A stretch of 63,963 nt of DNA, counting the filler, from Olpidium bornovanus S191 (lineage: Eukaryota; Fungi; Olpidiomycota): the NCBI GenBank assembly GCA_017911155.1. It is 26 parts of 26 records of this genome, joined end to end, with 100 filler letters (N's around TTAATTAATTAA, not from the genome) between each part and the next. Parts side by side here need not be neighbours in the genome. Positions count along the whole stretch, not along the records: positions 46,450 to 50,278 come from JAEFCI010001967.1; positions 50,379 to 53,657 come from JAEFCI010000056.1; positions 53,758 to 54,949 come from JAEFCI010012770.1; positions 55,050 to 58,869 come from JAEFCI010002177.1; positions 58,970 to 61,071 come from JAEFCI010000543.1; 21 more parts are not named here. One strand, written 5' to 3'. The first letter of the stretch is position 1; each line of letters begins with the position of its first letter. A model generated the notes under the pieces. The model made no database searches and was not told the DNA's origin. It was given only the letters and a program-made list of their open reading frames with translations. Both the position numbers and the translations under genes were made by a program. Of the stretch, positions 46,602 through 59,960 are shown piece after piece.

Positions 46602-47805
46602 CTACGCCGCAAATGCCCGCGAGCGGTGGGCCTTGAACGCGGGCGTACGGCTGTGAAAGCGGAGGGGTGAGTGCGCAGCGGAGAGCATCTGCCGGGACAG
46701 ATCTATCTCCCACAAGACCGCCCACTCACTAAATGCACACGATGTTTGCGATGAGCACGGCGATGACGAGCACGGTGACCAAGAGGGGGTACCAGAGCAA
46801 GCTGTCGTCGAACGCGTCCGCCTGCCTGACGAGATCGCCGCCTTCTTCGCGCGCGGCGACGGTGTTCGAGCGGCGGCGCAGCAAGCGGGGACGTGCGACA
46901 TTGGGCACCCAGCTCTGGTTGCCGGCGAGCGCTGCCTGCCGCAGGCCGAACCTAATTGCCGAGCACGCCACCAGGACGAGCGCCGCTGCGGAACCGAACG
47001 TCGCCGCGGTGTCTGTGGCCGGGTTTTCTCCCGCGAAATGCGGGTATGCGTACAAGGAGAGACTGTACGAGAGCGTGAGGAAGTTTCTTGGGGGAAATGA
47101 GGAAGGACGTCCCGATCGGGTTGTCAGCAACGAAATTTCCCCCTCCCCCTTCCTTTTCCCCATCTTGGCCCCGCGGGGCGCGGCAGCTCCAGGGCAAGCG
47201 AGCGAGCGAGCTCACAAGTACATCCAGGAGTACATCGTCCTCTCGTTGGAGAAATAGGACTTCGGGTCAGACCTGGTGAAAACCCTCTTACGCTTGATGC
47301 GCCCTCCGCGCCGCCCAGGATCTCCACCTCCTCCTCCTCCCATGCCTTCCTCCAGGGCCTGTTCGCCGCCAATCGTTGACCCGCCGCCTTCCTTGGTCGG
47401 CCCGCTCCGCAGCCGCGAAGGTGAATCGGCCCGGTCGCTCGCGAAAGCCCTGGGGCCCCGCGGCCGGCCGCCGCTTTCTCCGCCGGTGTAGGCCTGGCGG
47501 TGCTGCTCGACCGCCGTCTCGGTGGAAGAGGCCGACCCGGTCTGCTCGGCGGCTCCCCTGACGCCCAAGTTCTCGAGCGATCTGCGCTCGGCATCGAGCC
47601 GGAGGGTCGCGGGCGACGCCGCGGCCCCAAGAAACGACGGGCCCCGACGGCGACTGCCCGCTTCGCCCGCATCCCGCGACGGAGGGAACGGCGACTTTAT
47701 CGCGACCGGGTCGAACGTATTTGCGTGCTCCGGCGGTCTTGGCGACGACCTCGCCCTGGAGGAGGTAGAGGCGGAGTGGGGGTTTGGATCCGGTTGGTCG
47801 GCCAT
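46602..47805 (-). CDS. Vtc1-like DUF202 membrane protein with long disordered N-terminus
   Basis: RSDPKSYFSNERTMYSWMY|LNFLTLSYSL matches the PKxFFANERTxLSWL pattern; three hydrophobic segments; FDD...PLLVTVLVIAVLIAN C-terminal pattern. Confidence 0.75.
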
Positions 47806-48147
47806 GGCGGCCGCAAAGTTGTTTTTTTTTTCTTTTCTTTTTTCCCTTTTTTTTTTTTTTTTTCTTTTCTTTTTTTTTTGTTCTTTCGCGGCACTTCGGG
47901 CGATGGGCGGATTTTGCGCGCCGGCCGCGGGCGGGATTTACCAGTTGCCCGTGCGTTGGACGGCGGGAAGGAAGGGCCGTTCGATCTCGCTCCCGATCGA
48001 GATCCACAAAGGCGCGGATGGCGGCGGCGCGGCGCGGCGCCCGGGCGCATCCCCGCAGCCTCGTTCAAAGCGCTGTTTTTTTTTCTTTTTTTCTGTTGGA
48101 TAATCCCCCGACGCTCGGCCCGCGGCGGTGCGGAAACCATGGATACG

Positions 48148-48185
<38 letters not shown>

Positions 48186-49002
48186 ACCCCCACCCCCCCC
48201 CCCCCCCCTTCCCCCCCCCGCTCCCCCCCGCCGCAAAATTCCTCGGCCTCCGAGACCGCAAAACGGCGTTCCGGGAAGCGGCCGCGCGTGCTTCCGACCT
48301 CTCCCCCCCAGAGACACGACACACACACCCACGCACGCACACCCCCCCGGGGCAGGTCCCTCGCGCGGACAGACGGGCTGCCGGGCAACGCGAGGTTTAT
48401 TTGTTTCGACCGCTTGGGCGCCCAAGTGCCCCCGGCGTCGGGGACGCCTTCGGTCGGAGCGGTGAGAACCGCGCGTCGCCTTGGGAAAATATTGCCACTG
48501 TCCGCTGCTCCCCCTCACACTCGTTACCAGCCTTCCCGGAGAACATGTGGATACCAACAAACTATGGACAGATCCCGGTACAGTGTAGTGGTGTCCGGCT
48601 GACTCATTACAATTGGGGGCGGAGGGGTCAAAGTTAAATACATTGCGGACGGCAATACTTGCGTATTTGAGTATTGGTTGCAGCAAAAAGAAGCAAGGCC
48701 AAACACACAGTCCAAAACAAAATTGGGCCAGGCGAGTTTCAGACCAGGAGTAATTACGGCAATTCGCTGAAGAACGCAAAATTGGCCGTAGAATCCGCTC
48801 CAGGATTCGGCCAGACGCCTCGGGATTCGCCCAAAGCGAGTGATAAAACGTTGTATCATGACACTTCGTACGTCGAAGGAGGGCAGAATGGGAGGCTGCC
48901 ATTTTGCACATGAACATGTGGTTCTTCTGGAAGAGACGAAACAAGTGATAAAACCGTTGCATCATGCACTTCGTGTGTCGAAGGAAGAACCACACGGGGA
49001 GG

Positions 49003-49620
49003 CTACCAGACGAGGGTTTGGTGCCCGCCTTCCACCTTCCCGTTGGCTTCAGGATTGTAGGCGACGGTGAGCTGGATGTCCACGCCGAATTGTCGGAAGA
49101 ATTCCCTCACCGATACCGGGTGCAGTTCCCCTCGATCTTTTTTCGATGCGCATGACCGGTATCGGCAAATAACATCTTCCAGCAAGAACTTGCTGACGCT
49201 GGCGGTATGCTTCGAATGTAACGGCCGACCCTCAACGTAATTTGATAGCCACTCCCGCGCCAAGACCGCATACCGGAAACCGTGGCACCGAGGCAACTCC
49301 ACCAAATTGACGTACCACTCCATGTTTATCGCCCGAGGGAAAGACGGCCGCAACTCTTCATAATAACGAGTCCTCAAGTACTCTTGACAGGTAGGGCACC
49401 CTTCGACGTATGCAGCTACATCTTTTCTGAGCCCGGGCCAGTAGTATCTCTCCCTGGCCTTTTGGTACATCCGTTCCACGCCGAAGTGCCCGCTTGCCAA
49501 GTGGTCGTGGACTCCCTCCAATATCACCAGCCGCTCCTCAGGGCGCCCAATCACCCGTAGCGGCATGTCTGATGCCAGCCCGGCCTTCCTCCACAGGTAG
49601 CCATCCTGCAGGAATTAGCA
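49003..49620 (-). mobile_element. Ty3/gypsy integrase (zinc-binding + core), degenerate
   Basis: HDHLASGHFG...RYYWPGL..DVAAYVEGCPTCQ, EDVICRY, DRGEL, TVAYNPEANGKVE. Confidence 0.93.
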
Positions 49621-49964
49621 GTCCGTTCCTCTCGGTCTCCTTGGTTGCTCTGTCGAACGCTCCGATTGGGCCGCCCATAGGTACTCGCCAATTTGCCCGC
49701 AGCGCGGGTTCGTAATCATCCGCGCGAAACCGCGCGACGCGCAGCAGGGCTGCACATCCACTTGCAGACTACGTGCTCGCGTGTTAACTGCAGCAGTCAG
49801 GACCAGTAACGGGCATCGGAAGGTTACCAGTACAGTTGGACCTGCCTAAATGCACACCATCGGTGGATGCATTTGCTGTGCACTTTGACAGGGTGTGCAA
49901 GGTGGCATGTGGCACGTGATAAGCAAATCATATCCCGCTTGGAGGACGATGTGTTGCGAGGGCA

Positions 49965-50278
49965 ATGACTAGACCGAAACATCCCCTTCAGGCATCCAAC
50001 CTGACTTATGACCAGAAAAAGCAGGTCAGCAAACATTTGGATGCCAATCCGGGAAAGACACAGTGTAATCTGGCAGAATGGGCGAAAACCGAATTTAATT
50101 TGGCATGCGCTCCGAATAGGACCGCTGTTTCGAGAATTTTGAAGGATCGCGAAAAGTACATGAACGTCAATGAAGCAGATCGTGATATCAAACGAGCGCG
50201 TGTTGTAATGAACCCAAACTCTGGGTCGCGCACTTGCGATTTGGGTCTTGCAATGTCAGCACGCAAGAATGTCCGTCA
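49965..50278 (+). mobile_element. CENP-B/ABP1-type N-terminal HTH of a pogo/Tc5-like transposase (partial)
   Basis: LTYDQKKQV..HLDANP..TQCNLAEWAKTEFNL...PNRTAVSRILK. Confidence 0.8.
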
Positions 50279-50378
50279 NNNNNNNNNNNNNNNNNNNNNN
50301 NNNNNNNNNNNNNNNNNNNNNNTTAATTAATTAANNNNNNNNNNNNNNNNNNNNNNNNNNNNNNNNNNNNNNNNNNNN

Positions 50379-51702
50379 CATGAACAGGGCCTTTCTCACG
50401 GATGGGCACGATCCCTGGGCTTTCGGAGCCGGCGGTGTCTGGTCGGCAAGCGAAACAGTTCCAGAAACACATCAGCAATAAAGTTTGTGTATCGCCACAA
50501 CGGTGTAATGGCCCGCATCTCGATGTCGGAGTTGTAAAAAGTGCCATTGCAAAAATAATGGCGCATTTTCAGCAGATTTAAGCTTTGCTCGTACCTACAC
50601 TGTCACTACTGCTCTTTGCTTCTGTTGTCGGGGACGCTGGAAGCAGTGCGGGCGAGTTAGGCGCGGAGTTGCCTAATCTCTGCTGCGGCGCCAAGGTGGA
50701 GTTGACCATCCGGACGTCGTGGCGAGCCCTCGCCTGCCGAAACTTGCGCTGGGCCATCTGAGAGCGCCTTTGCACGAGGCGTATCGGAGTATCCTTGCGG
50801 TAGACCTCATTGTCGGCCTGCCCGGGAGGATACAGGTTGACCATATACCGCGTGAGGACGATGACACCCTTGCACTCCCTCTGTGCTTCGCTGTCGTAAA
50901 GGAAAAGAGTGTCCTTCCGCAGGAGCGCGTAGAGAAAACCTTTGTTGAGCAGCCGCGAGCGCTCTCTCCCTTTGTCGAGAGTAGCCGCCGCTCCTCCAAT
51001 GAAGCCGGACCCCGAACCTCCGCCGCCTCCAACCGCAGACCCTCCTGATCCCGCCACGTTGCGATTTCCAAAACTCGCGTGCCCTCCACCGGAGGCGGAA
51101 TTGAGCCCAAACTTCGTCCTGGCGCCGATGTACGATTGCATTTGGTCGATCTTGCTAGAGACGAATGATGATATGCTGGAAGCTGCCGAGGTCGCGGCTG
51201 AATGGTCAAAATGCGTGTGAAGGTGGGCTTGAAGAGTCTTGGAGGCCGTCACGGAGGATAGCGCGACCTTGTCAAATAACGAGGACGGCGCCGAAAAAGC
51301 ACTGCGGTCGCGGTTCCCGTCCCCTTGCGTCCCGTCTGGGAAACCGCCTTCAGCGCCGGCGTCGCCTTTTGTGCCGTCTGCTGCCGCGGGCAGTTGCCCG
51401 TCCGCACCAGCCAACTCATCCGCGCCGGTAACCAGAAGATACCCGATCTTCACTATGGTCTCCTTGGCGGCGAGCTCTTCAAAGCTAGAAACCTTCGAGG
51501 TGCCGTCGGTGAAGGGCGTAAGCTTCGGCAACGCGACGCCCCATGATGTGTGGCGCGAGTGTCCCCGCAGAGGCCTTAGCGGCGGCCTGACGTAGTTCCA
51601 GTAGAAGTGAAACGCCCCGACGGTCACGACGAAAAGCGCCGGGACGAACAGCAGGCCGCACACGAACGCGAAGAGGATTCCGAACGAAATGGTCACCAGC
51701 AT
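50379..51702 (-). CDS. Nvj2/TEX2-like membrane-anchored PH-domain protein, 3'-partial
   Basis: N-terminal TM segment (MLVTISFGILFAFVCGLLF...), split PH domain KIGYLLV...FLYALLRKDTLFLYDSEAQRECKGVIVL..YMVNLYPPGQADNEVYRKDTPI. Confidence 0.75.
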
Positions 51703-52478
51703 GTTTCCGGCGACCGTCCAAGTTTTTGTTCTCAGTTTCCCGGCGCTGCTGCTGCAAACGCGGGCCACGACCACTCCTGCTTTCTGGCCATCCTTTGGGG
51801 AGGGAGGGTCGAGCGGCACGGCGGGCGGGTTGGAAATTCTCCGCAGTGCCCGCACTTCACCCCGAACGACGGGTGTAAACCCGCGGCCCCACCGAACTGC
51901 CAATTGGCCATTGCTGGTGTAGAATTGGGATCTGCCCATGGATAGTCAGTCGAGGCAAGCTGCACTCTGAAGATAAACGTGCTGGGCAGTTCTGCCCTGC
52001 ACTGGAATTGGACAATGCACAATTGCTCATGCAGAGCGAAGCCAGCGAGGCTACGTTTGTAGCGACTGTGCCGCTGGTGGTCGTTTGGAATGTTGTGGCA
52101 AGCGCACTCAAACGCTGCGAATCTGGGGCATCTGACACAGCATAATCCCTATGACACTAGCTGTCAGGTCGGGCCTCATATTCGTTTTGAACCGTAGAAT
52201 CACCCGTGACGGCCTACAATGTGCCATCATCTGCGCCACTCACCTTCCGGCATGTTCTCACTCGATGCCAAACGGACATCGCACCTGAATGAGTCACCAA
52301 TTCGCGTGGCGTCGGGACGTAGTATTGACTGGGCGGCCGGTACCGTCCAGATAGGCAGATGTGTGTTGGCGCCAGCCGACGGCAGCGCATAAGGGTTCTA
52401 TGGTGCGCTTGGTGTTGCCTATGCCGACGTCTATGGTTGCGTCCTGATCCACTTTGGTTGCGGATCTCTGGGCGAATT

Positions 52479-52610
52479 CTAAATTCTAAGTGGCTTGTCG
52501 ACCTTCCTGGCGCCCGCCTCGGACATCAAAATTCCAGAACAGCCACAATCGATTGTAGCCACCACCGGGTGGCATTGATATCGAACGAGACAAGATGGTT
52601 GGGTAGCTCC
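52479..52610 (-). mobile_element. Possible degenerate retrotransposon aspartic protease
   Basis: PVVATIDCGCSGILMSEAGARK resembles AxIDSGAxxxFMS; stops follow. Confidence 0.35.
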
Positions 52611-52678
52611 CTTATTCTGCACTAGGCAGGCGTGCGCTGCCAGCGGTCGCGCCCGTACGGCGTAAACGTCGGAGAAGA

Positions 52679-52821
52679 CGCAGCAACCAACGTCTGCTTG
52701 TCTTCGCGCGGGATGACGCCACGTGACGCGCGCCCGTAAACGTTTCCGGGCGTAAACGGCGTTTCCGGGCGCAACACGTGGCGTCATCCCGCGCGAAGAC
52801 AAGCAGACGTTGGTTGCTGCG
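52679..52821. repeat. 143-bp palindrome with perfect 47-bp arms
   Basis: 52679-52725 is the exact reverse complement of 52775-52821; the 49-nt spacer is itself partly self-complementary. Confidence 0.97.
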
Positions 52822-54499
52822 CTGCGCCTGTGTTGTGCTTCGCCTGCAATTCAAGCTTCGATTCGAGATTCAAGAATCAGAATCAGAATCGCAGAATCTT
52901 GAATCAACCCTAACCCCTAATCATATATCCTCCTTGATTCGACGCTCGCTGCCTTTTCGAGTCCTGCTCCCCAACCGCCCCTCGTCTCGTACGCCGATTC
53001 CCGACGACTGGCAATCCCTCGTTTAGGCGCGTGCTAACTTTCCTTTCCCACACCGCGCGCATTCCATAGATCCCCACAGATCCAGATCCCTGATTCAGAC
53101 GCAGACCCAGAACCAGGGCCAGACTCGTGAATACGAACCTCCAGATAGCACAGAACGCAGATTGCGTACTTTACTTGTTATACCAGGGTGCAACCAATGG
53201 CGACGCGCGCCACGCGCGCCCTACCAAACTCCTCTCCTTCGTCCTCCCCTCTCTGGACGACGCCTTCGGCAAGGCAAAAAACGCCTGCCGTTGCGAGAAA
53301 TATAAATAGCGCACTTGTCATACCTTATTCCTCCGTAACGAACTTCCCAACCCCGAACCCGTAACTTAACTGTTTAAACAATAAGAAAGAAGACTTGAAA
53401 CCATAACCTCTCGCAGTACAGACGACGCCAACGATCTGTCACTTGCTGACGGCGGTGAAGGCCAGACCGGCCGCAAAATCAAACGCCGACGCTGGAACGC
53501 CAACAGGAGAAATGCAGGACCAAAACGAACGGGCAACATGCCGTGACGAGACAACATACCTAAATATATCGGGTTCCTCCTCTTTGCGAACTACGTTTAT
53601 CCTGATTCCGGCGACGCAAGCCGGTGATATGTCGAAACCTACATCACCGAAGCCAAGNNNNNNNNNNNNNNNNNNNNNNNNNNNNNNNNNNNNNNNNNNN
53701 NTTAATTAATTAANNNNNNNNNNNNNNNNNNNNNNNNNNNNNNNNNNNNNNNNNNNNCATGTTCTGATGCCACGGTCAGGATCTTAAGGTCAGAGTCGAA
53801 GCACGACACAGATCAGATGCAGAGGAGGTTAGGCGGGTTCACATCTTGTGGAATGCACCTCTTAAGACCGCGATCCGGCGAGTCGCGATCTACCGACGTG
53901 CGCAGAGGGTACTAATCGCACCAACGGAACATGGTTGGCTGCCCTCACACAAAACGAGAACGGCAAACGCCAACCACCAAAGACTCGAAAGGGGTAATGA
54001 ACGGTAAGCGGGTGAAGATATTTTATAAGGGCAAAAAAGGTTGCTTTTGCGTGGGGGGTCGGACAGTGGCTTTGGTTCCCACATGAGCAATCAAACCGCG
54101 CTGAGCCATTCGCGTAGCGCGCACTATTCCTCACCTTCACCAGAAGGTGCGGCCGGGCAGTAAAGTTGCGAAGGCGCGACACGCGCCGCGCTTCTTTAGT
54201 GGATCGGATCAAGCAGGGTTCTGCCAACGTCAGGCGCGATCCTCGACCGCCCTTCAGATCTGCCTCGAACGGCCACGGCACCCGAGGGAGAGAAGGCTAG
54301 TAGGAACAGGAGAGATCTCCGGCAGGCTAGCGCTCCGGCAAGCTAGATGATGCGGGGGACGTACGGTTTGGCGTGGCGTGTGAGTAAGGCCGGGGCGGCG
54401 CGACCACTGTTGCGCATCCACACCGGCGGGACCCTCGGGCCGTCGGAAAGGCAAGCAGCAGTGTCCTTGAGGTAGGAGAGGACGAAGGGGGACATACCC

Positions 54500-54705
54500 G
54501 GCAACAGATTACGATGAGATAGAGCGGCGGGAGGAGCGTTCGGGCGGCGGATCACGTCCGCGACCGCGGCGGCCGGCCTTCTGGAGGGTTTTGGTGTTGG
54601 GGGAAGGGGGAAGGGCCAGCAGGGTTGGGGTTGGGTTTTGGGGGGTGTTTCGTCTCCGTGTGCGTGCGGGCGGGCGAAGGAGTTCCCCCGGCTCTGACTC
54701 CCGCG

Positions 54706-54744
<39 letters not shown>

Positions 54745-54949
54745 CCCCCCCCCCCCCCCCCCCCCTCTTCTCCCCCCCCCCCCCCCCCCCCGCCCCCCAA
54801 CCCCCCCCCAAACCCCACCCCCACCCCTGCTGGCCCTCCCCCCTTCCCCCAACACCAAAACCCTCCAGAAGGCCGGCCGCCGCGGTCGCGGACGTGATCC
54901 GCCGCCCGAACGCTCCTCCCGCCGCTCTATCTCATCGTAATCTGTTGCC
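54500..54949. repeat. ~130-bp inverted duplication ending exactly at contig end
   Basis: 54500-~54630 is reverse-complementary to ~54820-54949, with homopolymer-length differences. Confidence 0.9.
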
Positions 54950-55081
54950 NNNNNNNNNNNNNNNNNNNNNNNNNNNNNNNNNNNNNNNNNNNNTTAATTA
55001 ATTAANNNNNNNNNNNNNNNNNNNNNNNNNNNNNNNNNNNNNNNNNNNNGTTCTTCCCCGGGGCCCGCCGTCCCCGCGGGG

Positions 55082-55130
<49 letters not shown>

Positions 55131-55284
55131 CCGTCTGCGATCTTGCTGCGCAACGCGAGCCTGCGTCGTTTTTGCTCGAGCCCTCGACTACGGCGCCCGA
55201 TGCCATATTGCACGTGCCCACTCTTGTCCTGCCATCCCCCCCCCCCCCTCCCCCCCAAACCCCAACCCATTTTTGCGCATGTTA

Positions 55285-56443
55285 CTACATTTTGTTCGCG
55301 ACTCGCCCTCCGTTTCCCGGGTACCGATGCCGTAGTATGGTCCTGTCCAGCTCGTGGCTCCTAGGTTGCCGTCTCTGTGTGGGCCGTGTGAACCACGTAG
55401 TGCCCTGCCCATCGACGGGTGGACTTCCGGTCTGTGGCATGTCGCGCGCCCCATGCTTCATCCTTCTTACGACCCAATCCCTGGTTTTCAGCGGCTCTGG
55501 TCTCCATCTGCGTCGATCAGCCGGCTCTTTCATCGCCTCCATCTGGCGCGTGGCTTTGGGCAATTGTGGCTTGACTTCTTCTTCTTCACACCTCTCGAGC
55601 TGCCGGGTCAGTAAGGCTATCAGCTTGCCCCTGCTGATTCCGTCCTCCAGGGGAAGACCGCCCAGGTTCGGACGTCGTCATCCAACGGGAGGCACGTTCG
55701 TTCGCCGACGTTCGTTCACCGAATTTCAGGACTGCTGTGACGTGGCCTCGCGCTCTCGTTTGTCGTCGTGCAATCCGCCCAAAACGCGAGAGATAGGAGA
55801 TGCGGCCATTCCCGGGCGTCCCCCGTCTGCAGCCTCGCCAAGGCACTGATAATATTCTTGAGCCCACGCTCTGCTTGCCCGTTCGACTCTGGGATGTATG
55901 CCACCGTTAGGTTGAGGCGGACGTCCATCGTTTAGAAAACTGCTGCTCTTCCGACTCGCCGAGTTCCCAGCGGTCGGCGCATAGTCGTTCGAAGATCCCG
56001 TATCACGATACGGTTTCGTCAACCGCAAATCGTCGGACTGTCGCGGTGTGGTTGGAGCGTAGCGCGCGTCCTTCGACAGGCCCTGTCAGCTCCTCGCAAG
56101 CGAGAACCAGGTACCTGAGCCGCAGTGCCTTGGAGCAACACCGCAAGGTCGACCGGCTACGAGAACAGCGGGCCCTAGGGAAGATTGGGTGCAGCTCGTC
56201 CCGGTGTCGATGGGAGGAGAGGTGTATCGACGCGTCGAACCTTAGCAAGAGCTCCTCGGTGTCTTTAGTCGTGCACCTCCAGAAGCAGCGTTCGCCAACG
56301 CAAAGGTAGATTTTCTCGGCACCGCGGCGGCCGCCGTGGTTTCCGCTACGGGTGCGGCGTTGGCACAAAGCGAGCGGGTTGTCACGTGATTGCCGGAACG
56401 CAGCCGTGTAATATCTCTCACAAACCAGCCCCTTCGTGCCCAC
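55285..56443 (-). mobile_element. Ty3/gypsy integrase and post-integrase region, heavily degenerate
   Basis: HGGRRGAEKIY...CFW, RYLVLACEELTGPVEGRAL, LTVAYIPESNGQAERG, WPHLLSLAFWAD, ELDRTILR. Confidence 0.85.
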
Positions 56444-56578
56444 GCGGCGAAGCCTTCCGAGCTGGAGAACAGCGTCCCTGGTGCAGCCGCCTGTGGATCA
56501 GGGCTTTCCTGGTCGTCGTCGTCGTCGGTAAGGCGGTAAGGCGGTCTCTTTCTCCGTCTCTCTCTCCGCCTCTCTCTC

Positions 56579-56625
<47 letters not shown>

Positions 56626-56934
56626 AGAGCTTTATCTGAGAGAGAGACAGAGAGAATCTCCGCCCGCATATTTTCATATTCCCGCATATTCTTCGCCGCC
56701 CTCTTTCTTCCCGCTGTGGCGGGCGGGGGCTGCCCTCCGGGGCGGGAAGAAAAAAAAAACGAACAGAAGGAAAAAAAAAAAAAAAAAAAAAAAAAAACGA
56801 CAAGAAAACGCGTCGAAAGCCAAAACCGATACGAGGTATGCGCTGCGCGAGGGGAGGACCCCCCCCCCCGCCAGGCGGTGGCGTATGACCGGTTGCCAGG
56901 TCGCCGCGGGAAGGCGGGAAAAGCGCCTGGGTAG

Positions 56935-56970
<36 letters not shown>

Positions 56971-57155
56971 CGGAGTCTCCGCTTTTGCCCCGCGCTTGCC
57001 TGCCGTGACTTCCCCCCATCCTCCCTCGGGCGAGCGAGGCCCGTGTTTGCTGTCTGCGAAAATCTTCAACCGTGTCCCCGTCCGCTCGTCACAAACGCGC
57101 GCGTCGCTCCTGCCTATGGTCCCCCCCTCCCCCCTCCTCTTTCGGGCAGAAATCA

Positions 57156-58869
<1,714 letters not shown>

Positions 58870-59048
58870 NNNNNNNNNNNNNNNNNNNNNNNNNNNNNNN
58901 NNNNNNNNNNNNNTTAATTAATTAANNNNNNNNNNNNNNNNNNNNNNNNNNNNNNNNNNNNNNNNNNNNCGACAAAGGAATCTACGCAGGGGTGACGCGG
59001 GCTGGTGCGCACAGTGCGTCTGCGGCTCAGCTCCCCCCTCCCCCCCTT

Positions 59049-59960
59049 TTATTCTACACCCCGCCTCATTGGGCGCGCCCTTGCCCATGTCCGCCCGATA
59101 CAGGCCAAGACCACATCCCGTTGGCGGAGGATCCGATTGTTGCGTGTGGCTACGGCAATGATGGTGCGGATCGCCACCGCAGATACTACCGGCGAGAATG
59201 TCGCTTGGTAATCAATCCCTTTCATTTGTGTGCACTCTTGGGCGACGAGCCGTGCATGGTACTTATTGATGCTTCTGTCGGGATTCAACTTTTGCTTATA
59301 TGCCCACTTTCCCCAGAGGACATGGCATTTCTCTGGTCGAGGAACGAGGTCCCAAGCCGGAACGCTTCTCAGAGTATAGATCTTGGTCTGCATTGCTTGG
59401 CACCACTGCGCAGCTTCTGGTCCATCCATGGCTTCCCTGTACGTTTTTGGTTCCGCAGCATGACGGGCGAGGCCGGCCGCCGCGGCGAGCGCCTGTTCCA
59501 GGACAGGACCAGTCATGGCGTCTTCGATATCTGTTGCGGTTGCGAAGAGGGGGTGTGTGGAACCTGGGCGGCGCCGGGGCCCCGCCCAGACCATAGGTCA
59601 TACACTATTCCCGAGGCCAACACAGCCCCGGGGGCCCCCACCCCGGGGCCAACACAGCCCTGAGGGACCCACTGGGTCCGCCCTGCTACTGAATGGCGCT
59701 AGCGCACTGGCTAATACAATAGCCCGTAAGGGCGTTGGTCTATTTCTAGCTATGGCTCGCCATGGGAACTCGGTGTCACGCGGAGCGGCCCCCACCATAT
59801 CCAGCGGTGTCGGGAGGCTTGACCGTTTGGAGTAATTTCTGGCCATCTCGGCAGGGAGCGTGTGCGCTTCTTCCCAGCTGACGGTGTCGTCAGTCCATTT
59901 TGCCTTGAAACGTAGGGCTCCTCCTTTCGCCTACTGTACTGCGGCAAGGTTCAGCGAGGT
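59049..59960 (-). mobile_element. Ty1/copia integrase remnant and RT N-terminal fragment
   Basis: EPYVSRQNG (integrase remnant); EPKTYREAM...W.LVPRP...KWAYKQK.NPD.SI.KYHARLVAQ...GIDYQATFSPVV. Confidence 0.88.

Noticed and set aside
48524-48900. RFGRIPRRL..SWSGF as a CACTA/Plavaka-type transposase remnant
   Set aside because: Single short motif in frameshifted sequence; insufficient without an HMM search.
54380-54500. SPFVLSYLKD as a degenerate RT YxDD motif
   Set aside because: Catalytic Asp missing and no flanking RT motifs.
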